A stretch of 62,425 nucleotides of DNA, the filler included, from Rhabdomonas costata (taxonomy: Eukaryota): NCBI GenBank assembly GCA_019059605.1. It is 38 parts of 38 records of this genome, joined end to end, with 100 filler letters (N's around TTAATTAATTAA, not from the genome) between each part and the next. Parts side by side here need not be neighbours in the genome. Positions count along the whole stretch, not along the records: positions 23,133 to 24,683 come from JAHMHO010013217.1; positions 24,784 to 26,081 come from JAHMHO010013218.1; positions 26,182 to 27,733 come from JAHMHO010013219.1; positions 27,834 to 29,386 come from JAHMHO010013220.1; positions 29,487 to 31,037 come from JAHMHO010013221.1; positions 31,138 to 32,688 come from JAHMHO010013222.1; positions 32,789 to 34,339 come from JAHMHO010013223.1; positions 34,440 to 35,989 come from JAHMHO010013224.1; 30 more parts are not named here. One strand, written 5' to 3'. The notes under the pieces were generated by a model. It made no database searches. It had not been told where the DNA came from and was given only the letters and a program-made list of their open reading frames with translations. The position numbers and the translations under genes are program-made. Below, piece after piece: positions 24,363 through 37,997 of this stretch. Position 1 is the stretch's first letter, and the number at the start of each line of letters is the position of its first letter.

Positions 24363-27300
24363 GTATGTGCTGTCACCACAGTCCCCTAAGTCCGTGCTGC
24401 TAGCGCATTTCAGGCGTGTACAGTTGCGGCAGAGGTGGGGCATAATCGCTTCCTCATGATTTTGGGCAAGTGGTGGTTGGTCTGCTGTCAAATTCGTAAG
24501 ATCTTATGTTTGGCTGTAGCTACACTTATCAGGGGGAAGTTGGCCAGGGAGGTAGGGGTGGGATACGCAGGCAAGGACACCCAGCACTTTCCTACTGCGC
24601 TCTGCATTCCTCACAATTTAATATCATCGCAACTATTTTAAAAACGCAGGGTCAACAGAATGGGCCTTGTAGGACACAACAACNNNNNNNNNNNNNNNNN
24701 NNNNNNNNNNNNNNNNNNNNNNNNNNNTTAATTAATTAANNNNNNNNNNNNNNNNNNNNNNNNNNNNNNNNNNNNNNNNNNNNGACCGTGACGCTGCCGG
24801 GACGTGCTTCTAGGCGGGACCGTGACCTGGGGAACCTTTGCGTCCCCTTTTCGCGGCATGGCAGTTTTGACCATGTTGCTATAGCGTTTTTCTTTTTTCT
24901 TCAATTTCTACCCATCCATTTGACTGATCTCTGCTTCCTCTTCGCTCGTTGGTAGTTCTGGTCGCCCGCCATCGTTGGGCATATCACCGTTCATTACCGG
25001 TGCACGCGGGTACTGAAAGTCAGACTAGAGCCTGTGAATTTCCTGCCTGAACCCCAGTGAACCTTTGTTTAATTCGGCAAACTGACGTTTGAACCACGTC
25101 GAACGAGGGTTTCGCCTCCCACTTCAAATCCGTCTGTCGAAAAAAGGTGGGAGAGCGCGTGCCGTTCCACCCCGGCGTGGTGCTGCGGTACTCCGCTCCC
25201 GAGAAGGGGGTGCTGGTGGCGTGGCAGCCTGTCTCGGAATGCATAACTCCAGAGCAGGGGAACCGCCCAGAACTTCAGGTGTGACACTCGCATCCCATCC
25301 CCTGCTATGTCCTTCTTTGTATTGCCTTTGTAGATGCCCGTTTTTATGTTAAGCCTACGGACCGCGCATCCCCTGAGGTGAAGCATCAAGCAGAAGTAGA
25401 CCGACTTGGGCTCGTGTGTGGGTCACCGCAGTAATCCTGAGCGCGTTGGCACCATCCTTAACACCTTCCTTAACTTGAAAGGTACGGTGATCCGGTCTTC
25501 GGAGTGGGTATGGTTGCTCCTTTTGGAAGGAACCATTGGGTCCTGTTGGGAGCCATTCTTGTCATTTCGGGCATGTCTGCTCAGCTGCCAGCGGCACAGA
25601 GGATATTCTTCGCACACCTGCGCTTTTTTGCATTCATGCGCATTGGTTTCTTTTTTTCGCGTGCTTTAGGTTTTCGATGACAACAGTGAAATATGGAGAG
25701 GTTGGTGGAGAGAACTTGCTATATAACAAAGTTATTCTGACGAGTATCCGGCCCACCTCTCGTTTGGGGACACCTCCTGCGTTCACTGGGGCCTTCTTGC
25801 AAGAAAGCGAAAGGCTTTTGCAAGGTTCCCAGGTTTCGAACACAATCTAAATAATAGTATTGCTGGGTTACTGGGACTGAAAGAATGACTTTTCTCATGA
25901 GCCATCGGGCCTGGAGTGGTTTGCATTGGGTAGAGAAGAATAACGAGTTCCATCCTGTTGTCGTGGGTTCGCTTCTGGCTTGTAGGTGGTGGCGGCGGTT
26001 TCTCATGATTACGGTGAGGCCCACAACGCTGGAAACAGCAGCAGCAGCAGCAGCAGCAGCAGTCTGGAACTCGTTATTCTGNNNNNNNNNNNNNNNNNNN
26101 NNNNNNNNNNNNNNNNNNNNNNNNNTTAATTAATTAANNNNNNNNNNNNNNNNNNNNNNNNNNNNNNNNNNNNNNNNNNNNGGTTGGAGTGTTGGGCATT
26201 GCCAAGGGAGGGAATTTCGGGTTAGGGACATTACATCAAAAAAACGTGCAAGTTTGGGAAAGACCTGCGGTGATGGAGCCCTCAAGATTGTCTTTTGGTG
26301 CAACGTTTGACTATTTAACGACGATATCACGTACAATGTTATGCCGTATGACGTCGTTATACCTGCGTGACTCTTTCCCATGCTTACGGGCATCTGATGC
26401 ACGCCCCCCGCCGTAACGATGTGTATTCGCCACTGTTCGCAGGCGGGCGAAATCAACTCCTCCGGCGCGCCAGCAGTGGGGGACGCCCGTCTTGCTGAGG
26501 CACTGGTCTCTCACGGTCTCGTTGTGTGTGCCTGTCCGTGTGCAGGTCATCATCGTGTGTTCATCAGAAAAACCGGGGGGTTCGATTCACGTTGGCAATG
26601 TTTGCTTTACGGCTGGCTTCTGCTGCGGGTCTCTTTGTTTCAGGAGTGCTATGTTGCGGAAAAGAAAAATGGTGAGCAATGAAACATCGATGAGGCGATT
26701 TACAGAGGCCAGGAAAAAACGACAAGAGGAATCAGGTAAGGGGAAGAGCAGGAAGTATGTAGTTTATCAAGGAAAAGGTGACAGTGTCGGGAGGTCTGTA
26801 TGGGTGCCGTTGCATTTTAAATTTGTCCGAATGCTACGCTTGTGCGGGAATAAATCGAGGATGATATGTTTCGGGCTACCGCGAGATTGTCGTGAGCATG
26901 CACTTGAAGGATTGTTACTGTTTCTACTATTACTTTCTTTCGACCTTCGTCCTTTGGGGACCGATCCTTTAATGCCCCCCCCCCCGGTGGCAAATTCACG
27001 GCACGCCTTTTTTTATGGACTTGGTCGCAATTCATATCCGACCGCCGATTTTATCGGACACTCACCTTCGGAGGCGCTTTGACCCACGCATTGTTGGCTG
27101 AGTGCTGCGTTTCGCGCCAGTTTCGTTTTTTTTTCGGCTACCGCATTGGACCCACCCGCACGCAGACGACGCCCTGCGGGGGGCCTTCCATTCTTTGGGA
27201 GTGCACTCTCAGCGCGAACTACACCAGCTGTGGGAGCGTCCCCCCTCACCGCTGTTCTTCCCAATCTCACCAGCAACGGACCCACAACCAGGCTCTGACA

Positions 27301-28498
27301 GTTAACGTTCACCTCGTGACCATCTCCACGTTACCCAGTGTCAGGCTCCCGTTTGCATTTCACTGTACGACTCTTGGCCAGCTCTCCAATGGAACACGCA
27401 CTTCTGTGCCAACCTGCACCACATCATAATTACCACTGCTTGCCTTCAAAGTTAACATGATCCCCTGCCAGACCACTTCGTGTTCTGCACGAAGCTTTTT
27501 ACATGAGGTTGTGTGGGGTGAGCAGCCATCTTAAGAGAGCGAGGAGCGACAGAGTCCGACAAGAAACACATGCAGAATGTAGAACGGGCTTTTCTCTTTG
27601 TAACTTGGAAAGAATAGAACTGCGGTTGGTCATTCAAAGTTGATCAGTCCTCGCCGTTAAGCGGGTACATTGCGTGTTGGCGACCTCTTGCGTTAAAAAT
27701 GTAGCCTCTAATGTGTGGTGTGACCACCAAACCNNNNNNNNNNNNNNNNNNNNNNNNNNNNNNNNNNNNNNNNNNNNTTAATTAATTAANNNNNNNNNNN
27801 NNNNNNNNNNNNNNNNNNNNNNNNNNNNNNNNNTTTGTGTCCTCCATCCCACTCCGGGCTTAGACCCGCTTGGACGGACTTGATTACCTAACTCTGTCCT
27901 GCTGCCATCTGGACGTCACTTCTCTCCACTCTCCACTTGCACGGGCATCCCTTCGTGCCTTGTGGGCCCTCCGATTGCTTCCTCACTCCCTCTCTGGTCT
28001 CCCGCTTCTCGCTGTTCTCCCCTTCTCTCGTGCTGAACCGGGCTGCTCCTGTCCCACCGCTTGCTTTCCGCTCCTCGATGCTACTCGCCACTTCTTGGGG
28101 GCTTCTTTTCTCGCCTGATCCAGCTGCAGGACAAGCACTATTGATGATGAGCACCTCCCTCCACTTCCTCACACCACCAGGGTCACTTCATTCCACCGAA
28201 CACCCATGTTAGCAGTTGCTTCTTCTTTTTCTGAACACGCACCCCACCAACAGGCCCTTGGGAACCACTTTGCTACCTTGCCCCCCGCCCCTCTAACTAA
28301 CCAGCTATACTGGCCCCAATTTCCGCTTCTTTTGGGGCGAAGCAGATGCATGCGGGGGGGGGGGCAACTCGCCTAGACCAGAGATCCACAAAAACTGTGA
28401 AAACATCGTTGTCAAAATTCAACTGCTGTTGGACACCACCCCATTCCCGACCGTACGTGACCCACCCACGTACAAACAAAAAAACAGACACAGACAAT

Positions 28499-28499
28499 C

Positions 28500-28564
<65 letters not shown>

Positions 28565-28565
28565 G
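28499..28565 (+). repeat. (CAGA)n microsatellite, intronic
   Basis: Perfect tetranucleotide run just downstream of a minus-strand donor. Confidence 0.97.
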
Positions 28566-28572
28566 CCTTCAC

Positions 28573-28851
28573 CTGCGCGGCAGGAGTGACGCGGACCGCG
28601 GCCGGAGATGATGCCGACATAGGGGACGAGCACATCGAGCCGAACACCCCAGAGGTCCCGCCGGTAGTAGAAGGCGATGAGGAACCCGAGGAGGAGGCCC
28701 CTAGGGTCCCTGACCCCGGCCCAGGGGCCGCGCTGGCCCATCGCTGCGGAGCCGGAGCGGTGGGCATCACCAGCCCTCCTGCAGGATTCTCTCTGGCCCT
28801 CCGCAGGGCCTCACGAAGGTGCTGCCGGGTCAGGGCCCCCCGCACAGCAGC
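28573..28851 (-). CDS. Exon of an unknown Ser/Gly/Ala-rich protein
   Basis: GC-rich open frame bounded by a CAG acceptor and a CAG|GTGAAG donor. Confidence 0.5.
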
Positions 28852-31246
28852 CTGAAACTGCACGATGCCCAGGATAACCTGTGGAGGTTCACCACGGGCA
28901 GTGCCTCATAAAAAGTCATAGTGTAGTGGAGCCAGAGTCCGGCACTCCAGCACATGTATGTGGTTCCACCATATACAGCCGTGCTGGACGTGAGTGCGGT
29001 GTGTATGTGCGAATCTCTGCTGCCGCTCTCAATGAGAGGAAATGATGGTCCCGGTCCTTCGCTTTTGCTCTGTTCCCGCCACACAAAAAGCCGGCCTGGC
29101 TGACGGAAGCAGCCTTGCAGGTGACCAACACATGGGCAAGTGCACGGGATGCACAGATTGCGAACCAGGGCTCGGCAAGGTTCAAGCGCACCTCACCACA
29201 AGAAAACCAGCGTGAGCGCAATTGAGCACCACCCAGTATCTCTCAATATATCGAAAAAACTGATTAGTGTGACGTACGATGAGATCTCAGGATCAGCGAT
29301 ATTCGAAACTGCCCCCCCCCCTTCCCATGACGCGACGGACCAAACCCACTTACTCGCAAGCGCATCCCGATTAGGGATATAGGACANNNNNNNNNNNNNN
29401 NNNNNNNNNNNNNNNNNNNNNNNNNNNNNNTTAATTAATTAANNNNNNNNNNNNNNNNNNNNNNNNNNNNNNNNNNNNNNNNNNNNTTGTTTGTTTGAGT
29501 TACGGGAAGGCGATATGCGCATGACACGTGCGTGTAGAAATGCGTTTTTGGGCTATATTTGGAGGTTTGTGCGTCGGTCGTACAGCCATCCGAGCCTTCC
29601 GGAGTCAAGTTTGTTTCCTCTTTATCAATGTTTGTACCGGGGACACAGACCGACAGCCTCTGAAGCTCTTCAGTGTTGCTGTCATGTGCAGGTTTGTTTC
29701 GCTGAAGAAGTCCTTTTGTTTTCTTGTCTTCGCGCGCGCTTGCGTGTGTGGAAACTTGAAATCAATCACAAACTTCAGAACCTGTGATCGCCCTGTTCTT
29801 TGCTTAGCTTCCGTATCATCTCTTTCCGCGTACTCCGATGAACGTCACCCTCCGCGATGGCGTACGGGGCAACTCTCGTCCCGTGATTGCGCACTACTTT
29901 TCCGTGGACACCCCCAACGGCACCAAGGCGGACGTACTGCTACAGGCCGGGCTGTGGCTTCTGCGGCAGGGCCCTTCTCGCCGACACCCCGCGCCGCCTT
30001 CGCCTGCGTCCTCGCCTGACCACCGCCAGGATGAGGAGCCCAAAGTCTCCCACGACGACCTGGTTAGCCTGCGGTACTGTCAGGTCCAGCCGGCGCCGCA
30101 GGACCCGTGGTGCTGGTTGAGGAGATTCTCCCTTTTGTCCCATCACTCGGTGGGGGCACTACCCAGCAGAGAAGAGGACCTGCCGCGATAGCGACCTGAA
30201 ATTATGGGCTGCTGGCTTCAACGCGGATGCAGTTGCAGAAGCTGTCCTGAGCTCTGGAAGCGCATCAGGGAAGAATATCGCCCAACCTTCAAGGGCTTGG
30301 ATGGGCGGTGAGCGTCGGTGGAATGAGATGTATTGTATTGTATTGGATTGCAGCTGAGTCGCCATCGTGAGATGCCGCCTGATGCCGCCTTCCAGCCACC
30401 CGCACCCGGCGCACCACGTGGTCTTCCACAGTTCTCCAGGAGTCGCGTCGTGGCTCACGTGGAATGACCATCTCTCTCGTACATGTACACTCCACAGCAC
30501 CTTTCGGGACTACATGTTTTGGATGTCTTCGAGTTGTCTGCTAAATTACCGTGGTTGCAATCGAATAGTAGCTTCATACCGAGTATCCTACAAATTGACC
30601 GTGTGGACACACCGCTTAACGGCTTGACGGCTTGTTTTATGTGATGGTTGCTCTTTCGTTCACTAAAGCGCATGGCGCACGCTGGGAGAGAACAAAAGTG
30701 CAAAAAGGGACGTCACACAATTGTACAAAGCTCTGCGAGATGCGCGGCTGATTTCTATCCCCCAGTCCACTCGCAGGAACTGGTCACACTATCTCGCCCA
30801 CCTTGCAAAGTCGTGGTACGAGTCACCTGGGAGCTTCCCCTTTTTGCGATTTATCCTCGTAGTCCAGCAAGTTTGGTGTTCTTTTGTACGCCTCAAGTGG
30901 CAGACAATGGCCACAATGGCCAAGTGCGTGTCCCATTCTGTTTTTGCGCTTTGTGGTCTGGGAGTTTTTGTGAGGGGGGGGTGGTTGGAGTTAGGAATCA
31001 CGACACTCTGACAGCCAAACCCAAACACACCCACCACNNNNNNNNNNNNNNNNNNNNNNNNNNNNNNNNNNNNNNNNNNNNTTAATTAATTAANNNNNNN
31101 NNNNNNNNNNNNNNNNNNNNNNNNNNNNNNNNNNNNNGGGTTTGTTGTTTTACCAACCCGCCAACCGTTTAAAGACAAAGCGCTGCACCTATACCTCTAG
31201 GGGTAAATGGAAGAGCATGCAAAGCTTGGGGAAAGTAAACAAGGAC

Positions 31247-32490
31247 CATTCTCCAGCAGGCGTGGCAGAATATGAACCACTCCGGCTTGGTGTCCTCGTA
31301 AATCGCGGCGTGAGCGCCCACGGGGAGGTCTAGAGTGGCCAGACGGCTGCATAGCTGTCGAACTCTCTCATCGATCTCCGCATAGCTCCAGTACCGCGTT
31401 TCCCCAAACTGAAACTTTCGAACAACTCGAGTTTGCTGGCCCTCGGTAACTTCCTAAAAGCAGAAGAAATTATTGTTGAGTTCTCACCCCGCACTTCCCT
31501 TTCTTTGTGTTTGACGTTGGAGCCTTGAGTGTGTACGTGTGACGTGCGTCGACGGGGGGTACAAGGAGAAAATTAACCTGAAAAATTCTGACAGCCCTGT
31601 GATATCTTGACGCCCAGACATTTTTTCAGTTTGTCTTTGAGGAGAATGCTGACTTTTCCCTTGCTGGGCCTTGGCAGACAATGGGATAGAATTATTTGAA
31701 CCCGTCAAAGGCGAAGCCAGTCGGACGCGCGGCCAGAGCAGGGGGAGCTGGGGAGGCGGTTGAGCAATTATCGGAAAAATCAAATCACCGTCATGAATGT
31801 CCTGGTAGTCGTCGCAAAACCCCGAAGACCAGATGAAAAACGAAGGGTTGCAACCACAGACAAACCTCGCGGAACTCGTTCAGAAGAGTCCGCTTGGCCA
31901 TGCACTTCCGTGAGACAAACTGGCCGCAACTGGCGGTGAAGTAAGCCGCGAGAGTGGGCGCGTTTTGGGGAATGAGGGTGTCCAAGAGCAAGTTCTGCAT
32001 GCTCGGAGAGCGTCGAATGAATGGAAGGCGCTGCGAATAGAGACGGTGCGGTGCGCGGTGGCAGTGCGGATAAGGGTACAAGGCACGGGAGCGAAGTCGA
32101 ATGGAAGGTGTCAAATAATGGTTCGAATCGTTCAAATGTCAAAACTTGGCCAAGAACATTGGAACTAGCTAAGTCCTGATGCCCAAGGTCAACGAGTCGC
32201 CTTCTGTTTCATTCAGTTCGAACGGTCGCCAGGTGTTTCCGTTTGTTTCAAACTGTTCCATCTGTCGCAGAATTTTTCCGAAAACACCCTTGTAACTTCC
32301 GGTTGATATCCTGGTAAGTTGAAGAAACCTCCTCCCCCTCCATCCGGAACGTCGAAAAGAGGTATGCAGATGCATGCAGTCTCAAGACCTTGGTGCAGAC
32401 GGTGCTCCCAGGCATTTGTGGAGGCGAGGGTGCAACTGTTCCCCCGAGGCAACCGTCGCAACATGATGCGCAACTTGCGCAGCAGCCCAT
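31247..32490 (-). CDS. Long-chain fatty acyl-CoA synthetase, N-terminal part, 3 exons
   Basis: Exons 32490-32389, 32030-31866 and 31453-31247 give MGCCASC..., CMAKRTLL and YWSYAEIDERVRQLCSRLATLDL...AAIYEDTKPEWFIFCHACW, matching the ACSL/FAA N-terminal pattern. Confidence 0.85.
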
Positions 32491-33717
32491 TCCCGAAAAA
32501 AGGTCACACAACACACTGAAGAAAACACCCTCCACACAAAGAAGCGACAACCGACAACCGTCTCAGTCTGAGAACCGTAAAGTCGGGACAAGGTTGAAGC
32601 GCACGTGGCGGCAACATTCTCAATGGTGATTTATCGCCAGGTTCTGGAAGGGCACAACTCTTGCGTGCACCCTGTCCCCACAACAAACNNNNNNNNNNNN
32701 NNNNNNNNNNNNNNNNNNNNNNNNNNNNNNNNTTAATTAATTAANNNNNNNNNNNNNNNNNNNNNNNNNNNNNNNNNNNNNNNNNNNNGTGGGGTTTTCC
32801 CGCAAGTGCGAAGCATACGGCTAACATGGAAGTGAGAAGCATAAGGCAAACATGAGTGCAATATCGTGGCACTAGGCCCCGAAGCCCGAAGAGTTTAAGG
32901 TTCATAGTCTGAGGTTATTTCATACTCAGGCAAGTATACGCCTGTACGCTGTGTGCTTTGTACATTTGATAGAGATGTGACTGTCGTGGGACGGAACAGA
33001 GAGGAGTTTAGCCAACGCGAATGTCCATATTCCCGCAGAATGCAGCATCACATAGGCAAATATAAGAGTTTGGAAAACAAGAGTGGACAAGAGTGGGGAG
33101 ACGAAAAATGGTGGGGCATTGGTGGGAATAGTGAGGGAAGGGAGAGAAGAGGGAGAGAAGGAAGCAGGAAGCAGTATAGAAGTGGGCTGAGTGGTAGTGT
33201 GACTTGTGAGAGAGGTGCAAAAACTGAATGTGGGGAAAAAGCGGCAAAGGAGGTCAAAACGAGGGGAAGCAATACGTGCTTCAAGCATAATGGAAGTTTG
33301 AGAGTCCGTACGAAAGATTGACATAATGCAGGAGTGATATGAGGGAGTTAATGTGGTGCCTTGAGTTGGAAGTGAATGAGGCGAAGGCTTCTTGCAACGG
33401 GCAAAAGTAAGGGTAAGGATGGGGGGGGGACAAAGACAAGAAGATTAATCATATGCTCCGCGTGAGGTTAAGAGCGTGAGGACACATACCAACAAAAGTA
33501 AAGTGCCCCTTTTCCACTGTACGACAGCAAAAAAAAAAAAGGCTGTTCCTGTGCCACTTTCGCTCTATAAAGTCTCATGTACAACGAGCACACTTCTTGA
33601 CATTTGCGATGGTGCGGGCAATATAAATTCATAAACATGGCAATGGTGACAACCGGTTTTCTGCAGACTGGTCCACTTGTTCGTAAGAAGACTCTCCTGT
33701 TTTATCCAAGGACACAC

Positions 33718-33804
33718 CGAGCAGGTCACCACACCCCGGATGGAAAGGGCGTCGACGACAGCGGGCTCCAGTCCACACCGCTTTAGCTTTCGGACCGCTG
33801 CCAT
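33718..33804 (-). CDS. RAD51B: RAD51B-like first exon
   Basis: MAAVRKLKRCGLEPAVVDALSIRGVVTCS followed by a GT donor resembles the RAD51B N-terminus (KKLKRVGL...LTC). Only 29 aa are available. Confidence 0.5.
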
Positions 33805-34666
33805 ATCGAAGCTCGCTCTCCCACTCGTCCACCCGCCACCCGCAAAAGAAAATGCAACGTATCCGCAAGACAATAGTGGCGCAGACACATGCAGCGGAGC
33901 CCCGTTGAGTCTGATGTCTGCCCGGAGTGCAAAAATCTCTGCAGGTGACATGCAACTGAATTTGGCGGGGTCTTTCAAAGTCGTAACAATCACTCTGTCC
34001 AGCAACGAAACGAAGCGGAACAAACGTGGAACTTGGAACTTGGAGATCCCAACAGGCACCTGGCTAAGATGAATATAATGGAGCATTTTCAGGGCAAGTG
34101 ATCACCGGATCCAAAAAGAGAATCTTCAACCCTAGACAGGTTTCATTTTCCCCTTCTTTCGCAGAGCAGAAAAAGTGCACTTGCACGAGGAAACAACAGT
34201 AATGCCCATGTTCAGGGCCACTCAGAATGTAAACACCGTATAGCGGCCATGGCGTGAAAAAGAACATCGGTTACACGCCGAAGGTGTTGGAGCCGGAAGC
34301 GTGGGCAGCAGACCAACCGCAAACCCAAAAACAACACAANNNNNNNNNNNNNNNNNNNNNNNNNNNNNNNNNNNNNNNNNNNNTTAATTAATTAANNNNN
34401 NNNNNNNNNNNNNNNNNNNNNNNNNNNNNNNNNNNNNNNGTGTTGGTTGGGAAAACTGTGACAAAAACTTCTGAAGCCCGCTGGAATGGCAGCCGTGCAG
34501 TTCTTCATACTGCAACGAAACGCATGGAAGATCGTGACTCCTCGCTCCTTGCCATCTTCACAGCGTTCTTGCCGTACCTAACCCCGATAACACACTGCAG
34601 TGTTTTTCTTTGTGTCAAATAGGGTCAAATAGGGGCGCATAATTCCCACAATTCCCAGAGTGGTAC

Positions 34667-34911
34667 CAGCTCCATCTCGACGTCCAAGATGGTCAGCTTG
34701 GAGCTGACAATGTCGGACTTCACCTGGCGGCGGGCCTGCACGAACTCCGGAATCAGCACCGGCGCGGCCACCGCCCTGGGTTGGGAGGGCACCTCACTGG
34801 AGGAGAGCCGTGACTCCTCGGGGTCCTGTTGCCCAATCTGGTTCCAATACTCTATCAGCTGTTGCCGCCGGCGCTGCACGAACTCTGCAAGACCCGCCTC
34901 GTCCACGCCCT
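34667..34911 (-). CDS. Exon of an unknown helical protein
   Basis: GC3-rich frame (EFVQRRRQQLIEYWNQIG...ILDVEMEL) between AG and GT sites. Confidence 0.55.
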
Positions 34912-36829
34912 CTGCAATAAAACGTGAAAATATTTGCGAAACTGCAGTTCAAGCCAAATTTTCGCCCCAGGTCCATTTTGTCTTCATCATAGGAGGATTT
35001 CCGTCTACTTCAGCATCAGACACCAGCGGAGACAGGCACCCAGAAATCGGCTCGGAAGGAAAAAAGTCAAAATGGGGGAGAAAAGGGTCAAAAATGAAAA
35101 TTAAGTGCAAAAACATGCAAAAAAGAAAATAATGCTTTTGAAGCCAAAGATTTCGGAGGGGTCGAAAATGCAAAAAAAAAAAAATTAAAATTTGTAAACG
35201 TTGGTTGCACTTTTTCCCAGCCCTGTTAGGTTTATTTAAGATAAGCCCCCCCTCCTACGACAGACACTCTCCCTTTTTGTTTTTAATTTTAACACTGGAG
35301 CACTTGTCTGCAACAAAGCTGGCGATGACAAGGACAAGCCTGCTGCTGGGATGCGGACGAGCGTGACAACACGTTTAAAGGCAAAAGCCAGCGACGGAGC
35401 GGCCTCATGACGGACCCATGAAACTTGAGTCTGGTGGTTTCAAAGTCTCATTGGCGCTTGCTTTCTGAATTCCCCCCCCCCCAGTCCCAAGGCCCAAGAG
35501 GGAAAAGAGCGCAGCGGAGCGGCCTAAGATCCAGTGTAGTCTGCGGAGGTGGGGGGCGGCATTCTTGGTACAATTGAACTCAGGCGGCAAAAAGGAAAGT
35601 AAATAAAAACTCACCAAGCAAGCAAAATAAGAGATTGGAGACAACAGAGCAACAAGATACCTTGCTCGGCAAGCGCGAGCTTTGTCCATGTCTTCTCCAA
35701 GACAGGCCGAACCACACTAGCCATTACCAGAAGCACAAAACAACAGACAAGAGTGTTGCCGTGAAAAGCAGGGGTAGAGCGTGGACGAGTGTGAGAACAC
35801 AGGGTGGGCAACGAGTGAAGTTGCACCTTCCCACACAACCAACCTGAGCGAATTCCAAACAACACCAAAGATTACCTGCCTTTCAGAGCTGGCACAGGCC
35901 CACCCAGCGAGAAAATGGCTAAAACCGTCAAAATCGCAAAGCCGTTGAAAAATTCCAGGGGAGAAACCAGTGAATTGCAACAAAACAACNNNNNNNNNNN
36001 NNNNNNNNNNNNNNNNNNNNNNNNNNNNNNNNNTTAATTAATTAANNNNNNNNNNNNNNNNNNNNNNNNNNNNNNNNNNNNNNNNNNNNGGTGGTGGCTA
36101 GATCTTAAATGCACACACCGATCCGCAGCGGGTTGATGATGATGTGGCTGTCGGATAGGGGCGCCGGAAAGATGGCACTTTGCAGGAGACTCATGGGATG
36201 GGCAACACAGCGCAGGGGTCCGACTCGAGAAGGGAGGGGAGAGAGAGGCCTCCAATGCGTCAAACGCAACCCACACAGGCCAAGCCCCTGGCGCCCGAGC
36301 GGCGCCGCGGCAACCAAGCCACTCAGGCCAAACGAAAGCAAAGGGGGTTCCACCTAGCAGTCAGCAAAATCCTTAAATTAAAGGAAAGACAGGCGATGTG
36401 AACCAAAACCTTCCTGTATCAATACTGCAAATTTCGTAATTTCTTGTTTCGATTGTTCGACCGATTCCCGAGGATCAACACCATTTGTTTTTGGATGGCA
36501 AACGTCATGCAACAAGCACCACCCTTTCATCCGGAATCAGAAAGCACCATGATTCCAATGAAAATTTGAACAGACACACTTGCATGAAAAGTGCACAAGG
36601 AAAACATCGTTCACATCATTTTTAATTGTGCGTGTCAATTTTCACTTGCCATTTGAAAATCATCAAATATCCTCCACGAAACCTCTGGAAGAGACGACAA
36701 GAAGGCTGATCACGTTGGCCTTTAGGCCGCTGACGAACGTATGGGATCAAATCGGCGCAGAGACAATCATACAAATAAACAGGGACACCGCAGATCATCC
36801 CTTGTTCTTCCCAGGCCGAAGTGAACGAG

Positions 36830-37104
36830 CTATCCCCCTTCCTGCCCTTCCCTTGGGCACTGCTGGCAACCACAGTCAAACCCAAACTTCCGCAACAAGA
36901 CTGCCCGCCTGCGCCACCCACTGCTCTCCAGCCCCTGCGTAGGTGTGGGAGAGTTCCCACGGAGGTAGTCAATGGTGATGGCCTGCCCAGGCCGAAGGGC
37001 GTCTTTCGCCACCACCTCCACGGTACCCCGAGGCGAGAGCTGCAGCTCGGCACTGGGCTCACAGCTGTGGTTGATGAGGCTCACCCACGCGGTGAGAACT
37101 GCCC
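36830..37104 (-). CDS. SET-domain protein, terminal exon (SET-C and post-SET)
   Basis: SLINHSCEP...GQAITIDYL...RRAVLLRKFGFDCGCQQC, then stop. Confidence 0.9.
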
Positions 37105-37932
37105 CTGGTTTATTTTTGCCACTGAGCTCACGACTGAGGCCTCCCGAAACGCTCCGTGCCCTCTCTCATTCCCGGACCCTCGCTTATTCGGCCGCTAGTG
37201 ATGTCCCTCGCCCGTTCTGTCATAACTCAGCTTCTTGTCTCAAACATGGCTTCAGTGGGTTTCAGTTGTGCTACGGAGTGGCTTCAAGAGAAAAATTCTC
37301 GCTCCCAGCCCACGGGTAGGGGCAGGGCGTGAACGAGCGGGAGGAGGGCGAGGGGTGTCGTGTCCACAAATCCGTCGAAAATTGTCCGTCAAATGCGTGA
37401 GTGATGTGGAAAAGAGTAGTCGCGGCGGTGGTCGGGTCCCACCAGAGCCGGATCCTTGATGATTATACTCTCAACAAGGAGGAGGGTCCCCTGTTCGCCT
37501 CGTAGAGGCTGTGCGTTGGCACGCACACACACACACACACACACACTCTCTCTCTCTCTTTGGGTGAGGAATGTGGAAATGAGTGGTGGCGCAGGAGCTC
37601 GGGTCCGGTAGAGCCGGATCCTTGATGATGACCCTCTCTCNNNNNNNNNNNNNNNNNNNNNNNNNNNNNNNNNNNNNNNNNNNNTTAATTAATTAANNNN
37701 NNNNNNNNNNNNNNNNNNNNNNNNNNNNNNNNNNNNNNNNGCGAGTGAAAAAGACGGGCCAAGACAAAGGTAATCTTGAGATTGTGGGGGGTTTGTGGGA
37801 CCACTCGCTGCGAAGGGTCTTATGTGGGGATTGAAGACGATATGCGGTCCTACAGCGAATCAGACAGATAGTTTGCAGGGGAGGAGACGTGTGCGGAAAC
37901 GACATCTGAGTGACGTTCATCAGAGGTGAGGT

Positions 37933-37997
37933 GAGATGAGATGAGATGAGATGAGATGAGATGAGATGAGATGAGATGAGATGAGATGAGATGAGAT
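37933..37997 (+). repeat. (GAGAT)13 microsatellite
   Basis: Perfect pentamer run. Confidence 0.97.

Noticed and set aside
24784-26081. Possible gene in the short 1298-bp contig
   Set aside because: Candidate exons contain stops or lack recognisable motifs, so no call can be supported.
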